In this document: piece by piece, positions 35,748 through 46,108 of the stretch
Numbering within the stretch: the first letter of the stretch is position 1
Layout of the letters: the number at the start of each line of letters is the position of its first letter
Assembly (NCBI GenBank): GCA_038877255.1
Contig: JAVYWZ010000001.1
Coordinates: 7,661 to 71,660 of the forward strand
Source: Candidatus Micrarchaeaceae archaeon
Lineage (GTDB): Archaea; Micrarchaeota; Micrarchaeia; Micrarchaeales; CABMGC01
Direction: 5' to 3'
Length of the DNA: 64,000 bases
The notes under the pieces: generated by a model
The model's input: only the letters and a program-made list of their open reading frames with translations
What the model was told of the DNA's origin: nothing
Databases searched by the model: none
Made by a program: the position numbers and the translations under genes

Positions 35748-36800
35748 TTATTTCTCTTTTGCACTCTTTTCACTCTTGCGAGCCTTTAGTACTAATTTTA
35801 CCATACCTGTGCCTACTGGCACTTGCTTGCCAAGCAGTATGTTTTCTGAAACGTCGTGCATGTTGTCCTGTTTGCCGAATGCAGCGGCATTTACAAGGTG
35901 CTTTACGGTTTCTTCGAATGCTGCCTTCGCGAATACTGATTCTTTTGCGCCGATTATGCCGTGCCTGCCTATGCTCTTTATTTCACCTGTCACTGTCATA
36001 GCATCTGCTATAAGCTCCAAATGCCTATTGTCAACTGAAAGGCCCTGCTCGCGCATCAACTTCTCTAGTTCGATTACTATCGCATTTCTTGCTGCTTCAA
36101 TTCCGAAAACCCTATAAATTTCAAAAATGTCGTTTGTATAAATTTTTTCTGGAACAACGCCTTCTAGTTTCATTATATCCTCTATATTGTTGCCTGTGGT
36201 AGTTATGTAAAACTTGTTCTCTTTGTCCTGAAGTGCAATGGCCTTGCCTGCGCCTTCTATACCTCTAAGCAAAGAGTGCATCAGTTTTGTACTTGCATAC
36301 CTTATCTCACTGAGCTTCTTTGCATGTATTGTTATTTCTAGATTGTTATTCTTTGTTGGCTTTGCTCCGTAGCCGTACTTCTGCTTTATTATAGAAGCGA
36401 TCTGTGATGCAGTCAAGTCGTATTCTTTCAGAGCCTGTTTGTTTAGCACAAAAAGCACTTTCCCTTTCGAAAAGTTTTCTACAGCTCTGTTTGCAACATC
36501 GCTCATCCTTATTTCTGTAATTTCGTTTGATACCTTCATCGCTTTCTCAAAGTTTTTTGCATAATCGTCACGCAGATAAACAGTAATCTGCGGGGTGGTG
36601 GGTATGTGCCTTGCATCAAGCAATTCTATGAGCCTTGGCAGGCCAGTAGTAGTTATGGCTGCTGCCATTCCTGCAAAGTGGAATGTTCTGAGTATCATTT
36701 GGGTTCCTGGCTCTCCCACTGATTCTGCTGCGACCATGCCGACCGGCTCACCAGGGTTTACATGCAGCTCTTTAGCTTCTTTGTTGTTTTCGTCTTTCAT
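35748..36800 (-). CDS. rpoA2: DNA-directed RNA polymerase subunit A''
   Basis: 'PGEPVGMVAAESVGEPGTQMILRTFHFAG' and 'GIEAARNAIVIEL...HLELIADAMT'. Confidence 0.95.
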   Translation of the reverse strand: MKDENNKEAKELHVNPGEPVGMVAAESVGEPGTQMILRTFHFAGMAAAITTTGLPRLIELLDARHIPTTPQITVYLRDDYAKNFEKAMKVSNEITEIRMSDVANRAVENFSKGKVLFVLNKQALKEYDLTASQIASIIKQKYGYGAKPTKNNNLEITIHAKKLSEIRYASTKLMHSLLRGIEGAGKAIALQDKENKFYITTTGNNIEDIMKLEGVVPEKIYTNDIFEIYRVFGIEAARNAIVIELEKLMREQGLSVDNRHLELIADAMTVTGEIKSIGRHGIIGAKESVFAKAAFEETVKHLVNAAAFGKQDNMHDVSENILLGKQVPVGTGMVKLVLKARKSEKSAKEK

Positions 36801-36809
36801 CCAAAAACC

Positions 36810-39329
36810 TCACTGTTCCACAAATAAGACCTTAGTAGGGTCTATGCCATCTCCGCCATAAATCGTTTCGACAATGTTGTTACTCGGATCCCTTACGCTC
36901 AGGTCATAATAAACATAGTAGTCTTGCATTGCGTTTGAAAGCCTACGATAAAGATAGCCGCTCCTTCCAGTAAGCAGACCTTTGTGTATCAATGTTGCTC
37001 TTGCTCCGTTTGCATGCATGAGAAGCTGTGACGGAGTAATGCCATGCAGGAAATTGCTCGCTATGAAGCCGTGGTCGTCTGGTGCTAGTGATCCTTCTTG
37101 CATGATTGGCAGAAGCCTTCTTGTCATGTAGCCGCGGTAGATTCTGCCTCCTGAGATTGGCGCCTGCTGGCCCATGAACATGCTTATCCACGCTATATTG
37201 ATTGTGCTTCCTCTTGCTCCTGAGTTTGCAAGAACCATGGCAAAGTTGTCGCTTGGCACGCGCTTGCTAATAATCTCGTCTGCCGCGCTCCTCGCAAGAT
37301 TTAGCTCGACCATTATGAGCTGTTCGAGCGACTCCCTTGGCGTCAGGCCGAGCAGAGGCTCGAGCTTGCCAGACTTGTACTGCTCTATCAGTTTGTTTAC
37401 AGAATCATACATCTTGCTTAATATTTTCTGCCCTTCCTCCTCTATGCTTTTATCCAATACATATTCGCGTATGCCTATCGTAACGCCAGCAAGTGTTGCA
37501 AAGGCGTAGCCCATGCGCGCTGAGTTTGTTATGAATTTCTTAAGCACGGTTTCGTCGTATCGCTTGCCAATGGCAACAAGCAGGTTACTGCCCTCGCCGA
37601 GTGTTGATTTTGTAATCACGCCAGTTTCAAGTATGCCTTTTGAGATTTTGAAGATACTGCTGCCCTTTTTCTCTGAGTAATCAAAATCTTTTGGCAGAAG
37701 CATTGAAAATATACTTTTGCCGCTGTAAAGCCCTTTCTTTGCTTCCTTTGGTAACTCCGTTATTCCAACAAGGCTCAGCAGATGAGAAGCTTCAGTAATG
37801 TCTAAATAGGTATTGTCATTAGTAAGAAGGTAAAGGCCGACAATCGCATCTTGCTCGCCTGTGATTATTGCCCTGCCGTCTCTTGGCGAGAACACTTGCT
37901 TTTGCACCGCGAGCAGATGCTTCGCCTCTGCTTGGGCTTCTAGCGACTGCGGCACGTGCAAATTCATCTCATCGCCATCATAGTCTGCATTGTAAGGCGC
38001 TGCCGCACAGTCGTTAAGCCTAAAGGTCTTGCCTGAAACGACTTTTACCCTGTGCGCCATTATGCTCATTCTGTGCAGCGATGGCTGCCTATTGAAAAGT
38101 ACAAAATCGCCGTCTTGCAACTGCCTTTCTATTATCTGGCCGGGCATTAGCGCCTTTAGCAGGTCTTCACGGTTCGCATCGAGCACGCGTTTACGTTTGC
38201 CATCAGGAAGTATTACATTGATAGCCATAGGATACTCTGTCTTTTTAAGAAGCTCCTTTGCTTTGTCGAGGTTCCATTCGGTTACGTAGAAAGGCATTGT
38301 AAGCTCTTCTGCTATTGCCTGAGGCACGCCGAGCTGGTCTATGTCTATGAAGCCATCGGGGCTTATCACTGTTCTTGCAGAGAAGTTAACACGCTTACCG
38401 CTGAGATTGTATCTGAATCTGCCTTCCTTGCCTTTTAGCCTTTGCGCAAGCGTCTTCAGCGCGCGCCCGCTTCTGTGCCTTGCCGGAGGTATGCCGCTAG
38501 TTTCGTTGTTGAAATAAGTGGTAACATGATACTGAAGCAGCTCCCATAAGTCATCTATTATTATTTGTGGTGCGCCTGCATTTATGTTCTGCTCAAGCCT
38601 CTGGTTTATGCGTATAATATCGACAAGCTTGTGTGTAAGGTCGTCTTCGCTGCGCTCTCCGGATTCTAATGTTATTGAAGGCCTCACGTTAACAGGTGGC
38701 ACAAGCAACGCCTCGAGAATCAGCCATTCTGGCCTGGAAACAGAGCTGTCTATTCCGAGAAGCTTCAGATCTTCATTGGGTATTTTTGCAAGCATATCGC
38801 GCATTTCGTCAGGCTTAAGCCTTCGATCGCCGATATTGAAATAGGTAGGCACCGAGAACGAGAGCTTCTTCTGCTCTGCGCCGCAGTGAGGGCACTTCCT
38901 TATGTTCTTTAGCCCTTTTATTGCGTTGTCGAAACTTACAGTTTCTTCGTCGCTCTCTTTGTTTAGCTCGCGCGATATTACAACCTTAAACTGCTCTATC
39001 TGCTCATCGTCAAGAAGTATGCGATGGCACTTCTGGCATGTCGACCTGAGAAGCATATATATTATCTTTGCGAATTCAGCGTGTATAACAGGCCTTACAA
39101 GATCTATGTGACCAAAGTGGCCTGGGCATTCCTTAGCACGGCCTCCGCAGGTCTTGCAGACCAGGCCTGGTTCTATGACGCCGAGCCTTTGATCAAGCAG
39201 GCCGTTATCTATGGGATAGCCATCTTCGTTGTATGTATCAGGCACTGTAAGCTTCGCAACGCTCATTTTCCTTATCTGCTCTGGTGAAAAAACGCCGAAC
39301 TTTATTGCTTTTACTGCTTCGGGTTTCAT
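36810..39329 (-). CDS. rpoA1: DNA-directed RNA polymerase subunit A'
   Basis: Zinc motifs 'CKTCGGRAKECPGHFGH', and the catalytic 'NADYDGDEMNLH'. Confidence 0.97.
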   Translation of the reverse strand: MKPEAVKAIKFGVFSPEQIRKMSVAKLTVPDTYNEDGYPIDNGLLDQRLGVIEPGLVCKTCGGRAKECPGHFGHIDLVRPVIHAEFAKIIYMLLRSTCQKCHRILLDDEQIEQFKVVISRELNKESDEETVSFDNAIKGLKNIRKCPHCGAEQKKLSFSVPTYFNIGDRRLKPDEMRDMLAKIPNEDLKLLGIDSSVSRPEWLILEALLVPPVNVRPSITLESGERSEDDLTHKLVDIIRINQRLEQNINAGAPQIIIDDLWELLQYHVTTYFNNETSGIPPARHRSGRALKTLAQRLKGKEGRFRYNLSGKRVNFSARTVISPDGFIDIDQLGVPQAIAEELTMPFYVTEWNLDKAKELLKKTEYPMAINVILPDGKRKRVLDANREDLLKALMPGQIIERQLQDGDFVLFNRQPSLHRMSIMAHRVKVVSGKTFRLNDCAAAPYNADYDGDEMNLHVPQSLEAQAEAKHLLAVQKQVFSPRDGRAIITGEQDAIVGLYLLTNDNTYLDITEASHLLSLVGITELPKEAKKGLYSGKSIFSMLLPKDFDYSEKKGSSIFKISKGILETGVITKSTLGEGSNLLVAIGKRYDETVLKKFITNSARMGYAFATLAGVTIGIREYVLDKSIEEEGQKILSKMYDSVNKLIEQYKSGKLEPLLGLTPRESLEQLIMVELNLARSAADEIISKRVPSDNFAMVLANSGARGSTINIAWISMFMGQQAPISGGRIYRGYMTRRLLPIMQEGSLAPDDHGFIASNFLHGITPSQLLMHANGARATLIHKGLLTGRSGYLYRRLSNAMQDYYVYYDLSVRDPSNNIVETIYGGDGIDPTKVLFVEQ

Positions 39330-41168
39330 CTAAACACCTTCGCCAAGCTTTATGCTTGGGTTTATGTGCATTGCCTTAAGCTCATCGAGCAGGAGCTTGA
39401 AGGCATAGCTTATCTCGACCTTGCTGAGATTATTGCTTCCGCAGACAGGGCATATCGGCATGCGTTTTGCATAGTCGTAATAGCCTACTGAACCGCACTC
39501 GTTGCAAATCCATATCTCAGCCTTGTCGCTCTGGTCCAAAAGCCTATCCTTCAACAACAGGCTCGCGCCGTGGCCTACGAGAACATCCTTTTCCATCTCT
39601 CCAAATCTGAGACCGCCATGCCTTGCCTTGCCTTCAGTAGGCTGGTGCGTAAGTATCTGTACAGTGCCTCTGCTTCTCACCTGCAGTTTGTTTGCGACCA
39701 TATGGTAAAGTCTGTTGTAATAAACAACGCCTGTGAAGATAGAAGCTCTGAACGGCTCTCCTGTTATGCCGTTGTACAGCGTTTCATTGCCGTAGTGATC
39801 AAAGCCGTGGGCTTCAAGCACCTTGGCACTCTCCTCGATCACCTGCTGGCCATCTTTGCTGAACGCTGTGCCGTCCGCAAGCTTGCCGGTTATTGAGCTT
39901 GCCTTTCCAGTAATCATCTCAAGCAAGTGACCAAAGGTCATTCTCTGCGGTATGCCGCTTGGATTAAGCAACAAATCAGGCACAATGCCACTGCTGCTGA
40001 ATGGCATGTCTTCCTGAGGCACTATGCTCCCTATGACGCCTTTTTGCCCGTGCCTGCTGCCAAACTTGTCTCCAACTTCAGGTATGCGCAGGCTTCTTAT
40101 GCGCACCTTAACGAGCCTAGTGGCGCCGAGCGTCTCTGCAAGGACAACGCTGTCTACTGAACCGTCCTCCCCACGCTTCAACACAGTTGAGCTGTCTCTT
40201 GTCTTCTCCTCAAGGCTGCCAACGCCTATACTCTCCTCAAGGAACCTAGGTGGCGAAACTTTGCCTATAAGCACATCACCTTCGCTAACGTCTATGCCTG
40301 ACTCTATCAGGCCATCTTCGCCTAGCTTAGCATACGCATGCTCGCCAAGATAATCCTCGGTTGTTGCGGGAGGTATTTTAAATGAGTCGCGCTGGCCGCC
40401 AGGATATCTCCTTTCTTCATCGCTATATGTTTTGTAAAAGACGCTGCGGCCAAGCCCTCTGTCGATTGCGGCCTTGTTTATCACTACCGCATCTGCTATG
40501 TTATAACCATAATACGTTGCCACTGCAACAACGAAATTCTGACCGCTTGCGCGCTTCTCTAGGTGCAGATCGTCATAGACTTTTGTAGAAACTATTGGCC
40601 TCTGCGGGTAGAAAAGCAGGTACGCTCTTGAGTCGAAGCGAAGGTTGAAATTTGAGGCAAATAGGCCCTGGGCCTGCTTTATGTAGCTTGCAAACATCAG
40701 GTGCCTTGCAACGTTGTTGTGCTCGGGGTAAGGAGCAGTGCTTACAGTAAGTCCAAAGATAGAAACAGGGGTAAGCTCAAGGTGCGTCGTTTTATCGTTT
40801 ATTTCTTTCTCGTTAGTTGCTACGAAGGCATTTTCCTCCTCTTCAGCGTCGAGATATTCTATTATGCCATTCCTAACAAGGTAGTTGAAGTCTATCTCTT
40901 TCCTTTCAATCTTTTCTGCAAGCTCGTCTGTGAATTTTGACTTGCCTGATTCAACTATTATGTATGGCTTCCTTATTCTGCCTTTGTCTGTGTTTATATG
41001 TACTTCGTTTATACTTTTGAGATACGCTATGTTAAGCTCGCCAGAGACACGGCCCTGTCTTCTTGCAATTCTTACCGAATTTGCGAATGCAACCGGGTCT
41101 TTGACTGTGCCTATAGAAACGCCGTTGAGGTATACGTAGCATTTTTCTGGTTTTGGTTCGTCTTTCAT
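39330..41168 (-). CDS. rpoB1: DNA-directed RNA polymerase subunit B' (C-terminal half of B)
   Basis: 'GDKFGSRHGQKGV', 'GGLRFGEMEKDVLVGHGA', and the zinc ribbon 'CNECGS...CPVCGS'. Confidence 0.96.
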   Translation of the reverse strand: MKDEPKPEKCYVYLNGVSIGTVKDPVAFANSVRIARRQGRVSGELNIAYLKSINEVHINTDKGRIRKPYIIVESGKSKFTDELAEKIERKEIDFNYLVRNGIIEYLDAEEEENAFVATNEKEINDKTTHLELTPVSIFGLTVSTAPYPEHNNVARHLMFASYIKQAQGLFASNFNLRFDSRAYLLFYPQRPIVSTKVYDDLHLEKRASGQNFVVAVATYYGYNIADAVVINKAAIDRGLGRSVFYKTYSDEERRYPGGQRDSFKIPPATTEDYLGEHAYAKLGEDGLIESGIDVSEGDVLIGKVSPPRFLEESIGVGSLEEKTRDSSTVLKRGEDGSVDSVVLAETLGATRLVKVRIRSLRIPEVGDKFGSRHGQKGVIGSIVPQEDMPFSSSGIVPDLLLNPSGIPQRMTFGHLLEMITGKASSITGKLADGTAFSKDGQQVIEESAKVLEAHGFDHYGNETLYNGITGEPFRASIFTGVVYYNRLYHMVANKLQVRSRGTVQILTHQPTEGKARHGGLRFGEMEKDVLVGHGASLLLKDRLLDQSDKAEIWICNECGSVGYYDYAKRMPICPVCGSNNLSKVEISYAFKLLLDELKAMHINPSIKLGEGV

Positions 41169-41179
41169 TCAAACGCCTG

Positions 41180-42655
41180 TTATTCTTTTCCAAGACCTAT
41201 GCCTTTTATCTGCTCCTTTATTACATCTTCGTCAGCGCCGTTGCTGACTTTTGCAGTAATTGCAAGGTATTTTGTCAAGCCGACTTCAAGGCCTTCCGGA
41301 GTCTCAGAAATGCAGATCTTGCCTGACTGAGTGCCATGTACTTCTCTCGGTGCGAAGTGAGGATGCTTCTTTGCGAGAGGCGACTTGACGCGCCTTATGT
41401 GCGCTAACATTGATATCATATTAGTTCTATCAAGAACCTGGGAAACACCAGTTTGGCCTGCGGTCCACGTGCCTGTGCCCATTGCATACGCTATTTTTTC
41501 AGTAAGAGTGTCAGAACTTATTATGTTGCTTACGTTTAGCTTTCTTCCGCGCGCGCTGGATCTCTCAATCTGGTACTTGACGTCTTTTATGAAGAACTTT
41601 AATGCATATACAAAGAGCTCTTCCATCAAAGGCCCTGCAAACTTCACGCGCCTATTTGCGTAATGGTCTTTGTCATCTTGCCTTGCAAGCTTGTTTGCAA
41701 CCTTGCAGGCTTTCCTTGCCATCTGAATAAGGTATATGCCTTTTAATTCCCTGCTTTCGCTTGTTGTGCCTATGTGTGGGAGCAGGTATGTATCGATTTG
41801 TGTTTCTGCACGCCTTAGCTGATATTCCTTTGCCTGTCCGGGAGCGGCGCCTGCTCCGAGCTCCAAGAGAGCGTCGCTTGGGCCCATATTTCCTGCGCTG
41901 CTGAGTTCTCTGTTTAATAGCATGTCGTTCATGAACACAGTCAAATCGCTTGCTTGGTTCATAATGCGCTCATGCGTAAGACCAAGCGCACGGAGAAGAG
42001 TGTAAAGTTCTACTCCGCCTTTCTTTGAAGTAGGAAATTCAACAGAAAAAACACCATGCATATTCCTTGTGACTACTGTCCTTGCCCTGAAACCAGGTGC
42101 AGTTGAGAATACCTTTGAAGTTACAGAGCCGTCTTTCTCTTTTGTCACTATCACACGGTTTGGAGCCAGGTCTTCCAAGCCAATAAGAACACGTTCTGTG
42201 CCTTTAATAAGGAAGTAGCCGCCTTTGTCTTCAGGGTCTTCGCCCTGTTCAACAAGCTGGGTACTTGTCATGTTCTTTGTGTGGCAGAGGTTGCTGCCTA
42301 CCATAACAGGCAGCTCTCCTATGAATACCTCATTGGCATCGTTCCTTTTCTCTATGCCCCTTATTATTGGCATTATTTCAAGGAACATCGGTGCTGCATA
42401 TGTCAGATTTCGCAGCCTTGCCTCATTTGGCATGAGCACGCGCCTTGAGCTATCTGCTTCTATTACTGATGGCTTTTCAAGCCTCAGCCTGCCAAGCCTA
42501 AGGCCAAATCCTTCGACATTGGGCATTATTACATTGTTTGCGTCGATTATCCTCTGAATTTCTATCTCAACAAATCTGTTGTAACTTTCAAGCTGGTGCT
42601 GCACTATAGAAGTAGATTGAAGAAGCGAATCTAGCAACAAATCGGAGTGGTCCAT
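41180..42655 (-). CDS. rpoB2: DNA-directed RNA polymerase subunit B'' (N-terminal half of B)
   Basis: 'HQLESYNRFVE', 'GGYFLIKGTERVLI', and 'RVKSPLAKKHPHFAPREVHGTQSGKICISETPEG'. Confidence 0.96.
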   Translation of the reverse strand: MDHSDLLLDSLLQSTSIVQHQLESYNRFVEIEIQRIIDANNVIMPNVEGFGLRLGRLRLEKPSVIEADSSRRVLMPNEARLRNLTYAAPMFLEIMPIIRGIEKRNDANEVFIGELPVMVGSNLCHTKNMTSTQLVEQGEDPEDKGGYFLIKGTERVLIGLEDLAPNRVIVTKEKDGSVTSKVFSTAPGFRARTVVTRNMHGVFSVEFPTSKKGGVELYTLLRALGLTHERIMNQASDLTVFMNDMLLNRELSSAGNMGPSDALLELGAGAAPGQAKEYQLRRAETQIDTYLLPHIGTTSESRELKGIYLIQMARKACKVANKLARQDDKDHYANRRVKFAGPLMEELFVYALKFFIKDVKYQIERSSARGRKLNVSNIISSDTLTEKIAYAMGTGTWTAGQTGVSQVLDRTNMISMLAHIRRVKSPLAKKHPHFAPREVHGTQSGKICISETPEGLEVGLTKYLAITAKVSNGADEDVIKEQIKGIGLGKE

Positions 42656-42679
42656 CGAAACATCTAATTGCTTAATAAG

Positions 42680-42895
42680 TTACTGTCTGGGAACTACTAG
42701 CCTGTAGTACTTTGATTTGCCGCGACTTATTTCTATTACTTGACCTATTTTTGCTCCTAGCAGCTTTGCTTGCGGATCGTCTACAAAGATTTTTGGTAGG
42801 TTTGCAAGGCTAAGGCTTAGCTTTTTAAGCACGCTCTCGGCTTCGCTCTGGCTAAGGACTTTATGTGGCGGTACAAGGTAGTGATCGCTATTCAA
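42680..42895 (-). CDS. rpoH: DNA-directed RNA polymerase subunit H
   Basis: 71 aa. 'HYLVPPHKVLSQSEAESVLKKL...LPKIFVDDPQAKLLGAKIGQVIEISR'. Sits first in the rpoH-B-A order. Confidence 0.92.
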   Translation of the reverse strand: MNSDHYLVPPHKVLSQSEAESVLKKLSLSLANLPKIFVDDPQAKLLGAKIGQVIEISRGKSKYYRLVVPRQ

Positions 42896-43047
42896 TTCTA
42901 CACCTAAAAAAAGCTACAGGCTACTGGCTACCAATATTTATGCAAGAAAAGTCTTTTATAGCTTTCGCTGTTTGCAGAGCGGCTTCATACTATGCAGAAG
43001 CGCTGATTTTATGTACTGACTTTCGGAGTTTCTAAAAGCAATATTTC

Positions 43048-43092
43048 TCCTAATTTAAGTTTAGGAGCTTCAAGGGCTTGATTGATTGTCAT
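43048..43092 (-). repeat. copy 2 of the conserved 45-nt element (encodes MTINQALEAPKLKLG; 27-codon ORF 43009-43092)
   Basis: See 21305-21349. Lies ~150 nt upstream of rpoH on the same strand. Confidence 0.7.
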
Positions 43093-43200
43093 TATGCAAT
43101 AAGCATATTTCCTGCTTCGCAGGCAATTGCTTCTTATTTGGCAAGCTACTGCTAGGCAAAGAGATAAAAACCTTAAGTAAAATATTATTTGTGTGATTTT

Positions 43201-43617
43201 ATGATAACAGGACTAACTGTAAGCAGCGTATCTGCGAATAGGCCCACTAACGAGAGCATAACGAACATGAAGTTTAACATAAACTTTGATGATGTAAAAG
43301 TAGATAACGGCAATGTGGAGGTCTTGTATACGTTCACTGCTGATTACCAAGGAGGCGAGAATAACAGCAAGAGCGTCGGCGATCTTAAGATAGCAGGCAA
43401 AATAAGTGCAAAGGAAGACAAGAAAAAGTCAGACGAAATAAGCAAGACGTGGCTTGACAAGAAAACACTGCCCATAGATTTTGCTGAAGATCTTATCAAT
43501 CTGCTCAACTTCGAGTGCGGATCAAGGGGCACATTGCTTGCATGGAGCATTGGCTTGATAGCGCCGCTGCCTCTTTCAAGGGCAAAGTTGCAGGAGCAGC
43601 AAAAGCCTGCAACATAA
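43201..43617 (+). CDS. hypothetical protein (138 aa)
   Basis: ATG at 43201. The N-terminal half looks beta-rich, followed by a Lys-rich linker and a helical C-terminus. No family recognised. Confidence 0.5.
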   Translation: MITGLTVSSVSANRPTNESITNMKFNINFDDVKVDNGNVEVLYTFTADYQGGENNSKSVGDLKIAGKISAKEDKKKSDEISKTWLDKKTLPIDFAEDLINLLNFECGSRGTLLAWSIGLIAPLPLSRAKLQEQQKPAT

Positions 43618-43662
43618 AGCAGCAAGCACAACAATTATTAGAATTGACACAAAACAAATATT

Positions 43663-46083
43663 ATGCAATTACATGGCATAGTGCTTGACGTAGATACCAT
43701 TTCTGAAGGCAGCAGAAGCATAATAAGGCTGGCAGTAAAAACGCAGCAAGGCTTCATAGCAATTTATGATTACAACTTCATGCCGTATCTTTACCTGCAC
43801 CCTAGAAACGAGAGACTGAGCGCTGACGCGATAGCCAGCATAAAGGTGCCAAACGGCAATTCTTACGCTACGATAAAAAAGATTGAGAAAAAGGAAATGA
43901 GCCTGTTTGGCAGGCAAATAAACGTGTTCAAAATCTATACAGAGGACGCAAAGAATATACCGCAGCTTAAGTCCTATTTAGAAGAGTTCGGCACCTGCTA
44001 CGAGTACGACATTCCTTTCTGGAAACGCTACCTAATAGACAAAGATATTTCTCCGCTCAGTGGCATAAGCGCAGAAGTGCATGAGGAATCCGAAAAATTG
44101 AGCATAGACAAGATAGAAAATTCAGATGAAAGCGGAATAGAGCTATCGCATTTGTGTTTTGACATAGAGACGTATAATCCAAAGGCCGAGCCGAGAATGA
44201 ATATAGACCCGATAATCATGATAAGCTTTGCGAATGAAAAGGTAAAGCACATAATTTCTACAAAACGCGTTAACAGGGATTTTGCAATAAAGGCAAAAGA
44301 TGAGAAGGAAATGCTTGAACTGTTCGCAAAGGAAATAAGAGAAGGGGATTATGACATAATCGCAGGCTACAATTCCTCTAATTTTGACATACCTTATTTG
44401 CTAACGCGCGCCAAGAAGCTCAACGCGGAATTTGATATATGTAGATTTGAAAATGAAACGCCATACACTATGCACCACGGCCTACTGAACCTTGTCAAGA
44501 TACCAGGAAGGATAAACATCGATGTTTACAATACCGCCAGGTTCGTCGCAGTAGTCGGCACTGCAGAATACCTTATAAAAGTCAACAGGTTTACGCTCGG
44601 CGAGGTCTACAAGGCGCTAACGGGCAATGTGAAGAAAACAGTTAACAAGCCAGGCATATACAAAATGTATGACTCTGAAGGCGACGAACTAGACAAGCTT
44701 GCAGATTATTCGCTTGACGACTCTGTTTCACTTGAAGAGCTCTATCGATTCTTCATGCCCCTTGAAATAGAGATTTCTAAACTTGCAGGCACTACTCTAG
44801 CAGAAACTGCAATATCGACTACAGGCCAGCTTGTCGAATATTTGCTCATGCGCTATGCACACAGAAACAACCAGCTGATACCAAACAAACCAGAGGGCGA
44901 AGAGATAAACGACAGGCTCTCAAACTCTTTTGAAGGAGCATATGTAAAAACGCCGAGCGCAGGAATATACAACAATCTTGCCGTGCTTGACTTCCGCGGG
45001 CTATATCCTTCAATAATAATAGCGCACAACATAGACCCTTCTACATTGCTCAACGCGCAGGAAGGTGCAGGCATCGACTGCTATGAATCACCAACAGGGG
45101 CAAGATTCAGGAAAGAGCCTAAGGGAATAATACCTACGGTGCTAAAGCTTTTGATAAACGAGAGGGAAGGCGTTAAGAAAGCATATAAGCAGAACCCAGA
45201 CAACAAGGCGCTTGGCGCAAGGTCTCAGGCGCTTAAGATAATAGCAAATTCATTCTATGGCTATTTGGGCTATGCAAGGTCGCGTTGGTACTCGCGCGCC
45301 TGCGGGGCAAGCGTAACCGCATATGGAAGGGATTACATAAAAGAAACAATAGAAAAGAGCGAACGCGCAGGCTTCCAGGTGCTTTACTCAGATACCGATA
45401 GCGTGGTCTTGCTTCTTGGAAACAAGACAAAACAAAATGTTCTTGACTTTCTGAAGCAGGTAAATAGCGAATTGCCAGAGTCGATGGATCTTGAGCTGGA
45501 AGACTTTTATGTCAGAGGCGTCTTTGTAGGCAAGAAAGGCGGTGGTGATATCGGTGCTAAGAAGAAGTATGCACTTCTTTCAGAATCAGGAAGGATAAAA
45601 ATAAGGGGCTTCGAGCTAGTGCGCAGGGACTGGTCAAGTATAGCAAGGGAAACCCAGAAAAAAGTTCTTGAGGAGATTTTGAAAGAAGGCAGCAAGGAGC
45701 GCGCTGTTGCAATAGTAAAAGAGGTCATAAAGAAGCTGCAAACAGGCAATGTGGAGCTGAAAGACCTAGTAATCTACACGCAGCTGAGAAAGAGCATAAA
45801 TACATATGATGCCACTTCACCCGAGCTCAAGGCCGCACAGAAAGCGATAAAGAAGGGCAAGCTGCTTGCAGAAATGGAGAATGCAACAATAGGCTACATA
45901 ATAACAAAACATGGCAGCAGCATATCAGACAAGGCAGAGCTCGAAGAATACGCGCAAGACTACGACGCTGATTACTACATAAACCATCAGGTAATACCAG
46001 CTACGCTGAAGATACTCAAGGAGCTTGGCGTGAGCGAGGAGGAGCTGAAGGGCGAAGGCATGCAAAGAAGGCTAGGTAGTTAG
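43663..46083 (+). CDS. polB: family B DNA polymerase
   Basis: Exo motifs 'FDIETY' and 'YNSSNFDIPYL'. Pol motifs 'DFRGLYPSIIIAHNI', 'KIIANSFYGYLG' and 'YSDTDS'. Confidence 0.96.
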   Translation: MQLHGIVLDVDTISEGSRSIIRLAVKTQQGFIAIYDYNFMPYLYLHPRNERLSADAIASIKVPNGNSYATIKKIEKKEMSLFGRQINVFKIYTEDAKNIPQLKSYLEEFGTCYEYDIPFWKRYLIDKDISPLSGISAEVHEESEKLSIDKIENSDESGIELSHLCFDIETYNPKAEPRMNIDPIIMISFANEKVKHIISTKRVNRDFAIKAKDEKEMLELFAKEIREGDYDIIAGYNSSNFDIPYLLTRAKKLNAEFDICRFENETPYTMHHGLLNLVKIPGRINIDVYNTARFVAVVGTAEYLIKVNRFTLGEVYKALTGNVKKTVNKPGIYKMYDSEGDELDKLADYSLDDSVSLEELYRFFMPLEIEISKLAGTTLAETAISTTGQLVEYLLMRYAHRNNQLIPNKPEGEEINDRLSNSFEGAYVKTPSAGIYNNLAVLDFRGLYPSIIIAHNIDPSTLLNAQEGAGIDCYESPTGARFRKEPKGIIPTVLKLLINEREGVKKAYKQNPDNKALGARSQALKIIANSFYGYLGYARSRWYSRACGASVTAYGRDYIKETIEKSERAGFQVLYSDTDSVVLLLGNKTKQNVLDFLKQVNSELPESMDLELEDFYVRGVFVGKKGGGDIGAKKKYALLSESGRIKIRGFELVRRDWSSIARETQKKVLEEILKEGSKERAVAIVKEVIKKLQTGNVELKDLVIYTQLRKSINTYDATSPELKAAQKAIKKGKLLAEMENATIGYIITKHGSSISDKAELEEYAQDYDADYYINHQVIPATLKILKELGVSEEELKGEGMQRRLGS

Positions 46084-46108
46084 AGTTTAATGCCCGCGAT
46101 GTGATTTA

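Noticed and set aside
39330-42655. Split rpoB (and rpoA) as frameshifted or pseudogenised genes
   Set aside because: B''/B' and A'/A'' splits at these positions are the normal archaeal arrangement. Both halves are full length with intact motifs.
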